DNA of 59,770 nt, the filler included, from Myxococcota bacterium (GTDB lineage: Bacteria > Myxococcota > Myxococcia > Myxococcales > Myxococcaceae), in assembly GCA_049322255.1 (NCBI GenBank). It is 5 parts of 5 records of this genome, joined end to end, with 100 filler letters (N's around TTAATTAATTAA, not from the genome) between each part and the next. Parts side by side here need not be neighbours in the genome. Positions count along the whole stretch, not along the records: positions 48,467 to 59,770 come from JBMORE010000126.1; 4 more parts are not named here. One strand, written 5' to 3'. The notes below the pieces were generated by a model, which did no database searches, was not told the DNA's origin, and saw nothing but the letters and a program-made list of their open reading frames with translations. Shown here in pieces: positions 58,050 through 59,770 of this stretch (its first letter is position 1; each line of letters begins with the position of its first letter). Both the position numbers and the translations under genes were made by a program.

Positions 58050-58612
58050 GACTCTCTCCTGGGTGGAACGAACCAGAGATACCCGAAGCGGGCGAAGTAC
58101 TGCACCGTGCTCACTCCTACGCACAACCCCGCGATGAACCCGACCACCGCCACATACGCGTCGAGCAGCGGCGAGCTCGCCTCGAGGCTGGCCAACGCTA
58201 GGACGACCAGGCAGGTGGAGGCAAAGGTGGCGTACTTGCTGATGCGAGTGGGCGCGGTGGGAATCTCCCGGTTCTTCCAGCGCACCATCAAGGCGCCGAT
58301 GCCCATCAGCCCGTCGCGAAAGGCCACCAGCCCGAGGAGCCACAGGGGAATTCGTCCGAAGTAGGTCAGCGCCGCGAGGGCGGCGAACACCAAGAGCTTG
58401 TCGGCGATGGGGTCGAGCAGGGCGCCGAGCTTGCTTTGCTGGTGAAGCAGCCGGGCGAGCAAGCCGTCGATCGCGTCCGACGCCATCGCCACGGCGAACG
58501 TGGCCAGGGCCCACCACGCATGATGGGTGAACAAGAGCGCCACGAACACCGGTGCGAGCACCAACCGGAACAGGGAGATCGCGTTGGGTACGGTGAGCCA
58601 GGGGGTGCTCAC
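58010..58612 (-). CDS. CDP-alcohol phosphatidyltransferase (PgsA/Cls-like)
   Basis: TVPNAISLFR, DAIDGLLAR...LGALLDPIADK signature; GTG start coupled to the FecR gene. Confidence 0.9.
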   Translation of the reverse strand: MSTPWLTVPNAISLFRLVLAPVFVALLFTHHAWWALATFAVAMASDAIDGLLARLLHQQSKLGALLDPIADKLLVFAALAALTYFGRIPLWLLGLVAFRDGLMGIGALMVRWKNREIPTAPTRISKYATFASTCLVVLALASLEASSPLLDAYVAVVGFIAGLCVGVSTVQYFARFGYLWFVPPRRESSADEKKERQPRA

Positions 58613-59349
58613 TGGTTTGAGTCGACCCACTTGCTGAAGGCGTCTTCTTTCGCCGCCTGCTCGTACTCGGACAGCTCCCACAGGTCGACGCCCACCGCGA
58701 TCTGGCGGTTATGTTGCAACTCGGCCACCAGCGTCTCCCATTGGTCTTTGGAGATCTCCTGGAACGGGGGAGGAACCTCTCGGCGCGGGCCCTTGGGCGT
58801 GGCCGCCGGTTTCTTTTTGCCCGACGAGCGCGCCACCTTTGACGAGGGCCTCACCGCCACCTGCCCCTCCGACACCCTCACGATGGTCGCCGCCACCTTG
58901 CGGCCGGAGGCGGCGTTCACCATCGTCTGGGCGTCGATGCGGAAGATGGTGCCTCGCACCCCCGCCACTGCCTTCTCGGTGGAAACCTCGAACTTCCCTC
59001 CCCCGAGCGCACGCTTCACCTTGGTCCACAACTTCCCTGCCCCCAGGTGGCCCCAGAAGCCTTTTCGTTCCAGGCCCGCGAACTCCGCCTCGCGGATCTC
59101 CAGCTTGGCTCCCTCGCCGAGGATGATCACGCTCTCGTCGTTGAGGGCGAGCTTTAGCTTGCCGGTCTTGGAAACCTCCAGGGTGTCTTTGAGCTCGATG
59201 TCCGCACCGACAACGAGCGGCGCCGGCTTGCCGCCGCTGGGGGTGCGGGTGGCGGTCCCTTCGAGGGCCACCACCTTGCCGACGGCGGCGAAGCCCAGCG
59301 CCGGCCACAGCGCAGCGAACGCAACCAGGGTGGCGTGGCGCAGCGTCAT
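58609..59349 (-). CDS. Secreted FecR-domain protein
   Basis: Signal peptide, VGKVVALEG, FEVSTEKAVAGVRGT.F, V.EGQVAV. Confidence 0.8.
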   Translation of the reverse strand: MTLRHATLVAFAALWPALGFAAVGKVVALEGTATRTPSGGKPAPLVVGADIELKDTLEVSKTGKLKLALNDESVIILGEGAKLEIREAEFAGLERKGFWGHLGAGKLWTKVKRALGGGKFEVSTEKAVAGVRGTIFRIDAQTMVNAASGRKVAATIVRVSEGQVAVRPSSKVARSSGKKKPAATPKGPRREVPPPFQEISKDQWETLVAELQHNRQIAVGVDLWELSEYEQAAKEDAFSKWVDSNQ

Positions 59350-59687
59350 GGGGAGCCTCCTTCGGCGGGCTTGGGGCGCAAGGTGATGCGCAATGCCGCC
59401 CGCGTTCCGTCGGGCGCGTAGTAGGTCAGATACGGCCAGTACCCCGGCTTCTTGACCTCGATCTCATGCAAGCCCTCGCCGACCTCAAGCCCGCGCGCAT
59501 AGTCGGTGCAAATGCCCTGAGGCACTCCATCCACCACCACCTCGGCATCGGACGGCTGACAGGAAAACACCAGTTGCCCCTCGCGTGGCTGGGAACGCGC
59601 CAGCAGCACCTCGGCCCGCTCCACCGCCTGGCTGCGCGTTGCGCATCCGCCCAACGAGACCACCAGCCCCATCACCGTCCACCTCAC
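59346..59687 (-). CDS. PEGA-domain lipoprotein
   Basis: Lipobox LGGC, PSDAEVVVDG, G.HEIEVKKPGY. Confidence 0.8.
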   Translation of the reverse strand: MRWTVMGLVVSLGGCATRSQAVERAEVLLARSQPREGQLVFSCQPSDAEVVVDGVPQGICTDYARGLEVGEGLHEIEVKKPGYWPYLTYYAPDGTRAALRITLRPKPAEGGSP

Positions 59688-59770
59688 TTGGCGACTTGGA
59701 CTTCGACGGTGTTGGCGGAGACGCCGGTGACTTGCAGCTTCTTCTTCTTGAACCGCGCGGTGCTCAGGAC
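59684..59770 (-). CDS. C-terminal fragment of an unidentified protein
   Basis: VLSTARFKKKKLQVTGVSANTVEVQVAK*, stop coupled (GTGA) to the PEGA gene. Confidence 0.5.
   Translation of the reverse strand, partial: VLSTARFKKKKLQVTGVSANTVEVQVAK

Noticed and set aside
58010..58612. CDP-alcohol phosphotransferase as the head-group supplier for the ceramide pathway
   Set aside because: It is on a different contig and belongs to a ubiquitous family; there is no linkage evidence.

Overview
High-GC bacterial DNA whose gene content points to a myxobacterium (Myxococcota): TIGR02266-type PilZ proteins, Cys-rich lipoproteins, an AUC-initiated IF3 with a C-terminal tail, and a probable myxosortase locus. 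The window is five separate contigs (1-12411, 12512-24862, 24963-36623, 36724-48366, 48467-59770) joined by artificial 100-nt N44-TTAATTAATTAA-N44 linkers in decreasing size order, so adjacency across linkers is meaningless. Contig 1 holds the most notable locus, a putative sphingolipid (ceramide) operon: serine palmitoyltransferase with a long C-terminal extension, bCerS-like GNAT acyltransferase 1, CerR-like SDR reductase and bCerS-like paralog 2. It is transcribed divergently from an Aur1/IPC-synthase-like PAP2 membrane enzyme, with two phased (T/C)GAGC-N8-GCTCA palindromes between them. rpsA, a thiolase, scoAB, a PilZ gene and an RNA methyltransferase follow. Contig 2 has secreted/lipoproteins (SGNH-like; Ig/Cys-rich/Asp-box), an orphan m6A DNA methyltransferase, DUF4159 plus a vWA membrane protein, toxin-antitoxin debris, an RpoH-family sigma factor and the start of a DEAD-box helicase. 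Contig 3 has vapB with a disarmed vapC, a stand-alone gltB, GNAT, PilZ, Cys-rich lipoproteins, mtnA and an HDAC-like fragment. Contig 4 has a YbaK-like gene, holB, TIGR02757, moaB, a Rieske protein, polX, a pseudo-protease plus probable myxosortase, a nucleotidyltransferase pair, a Cys-less class II GATase and lidless Hsp70/J-protein/CvpA. Contig 5 has pheT-pheS-rplT-rpmI-infC-thrS, tRNA-Val(GAC), UDG family 5, an AI-2E transporter, a CDP-alcohol phosphotransferase, FecR and PEGA. All calls come from motif recognition by eye; no database searches were run.
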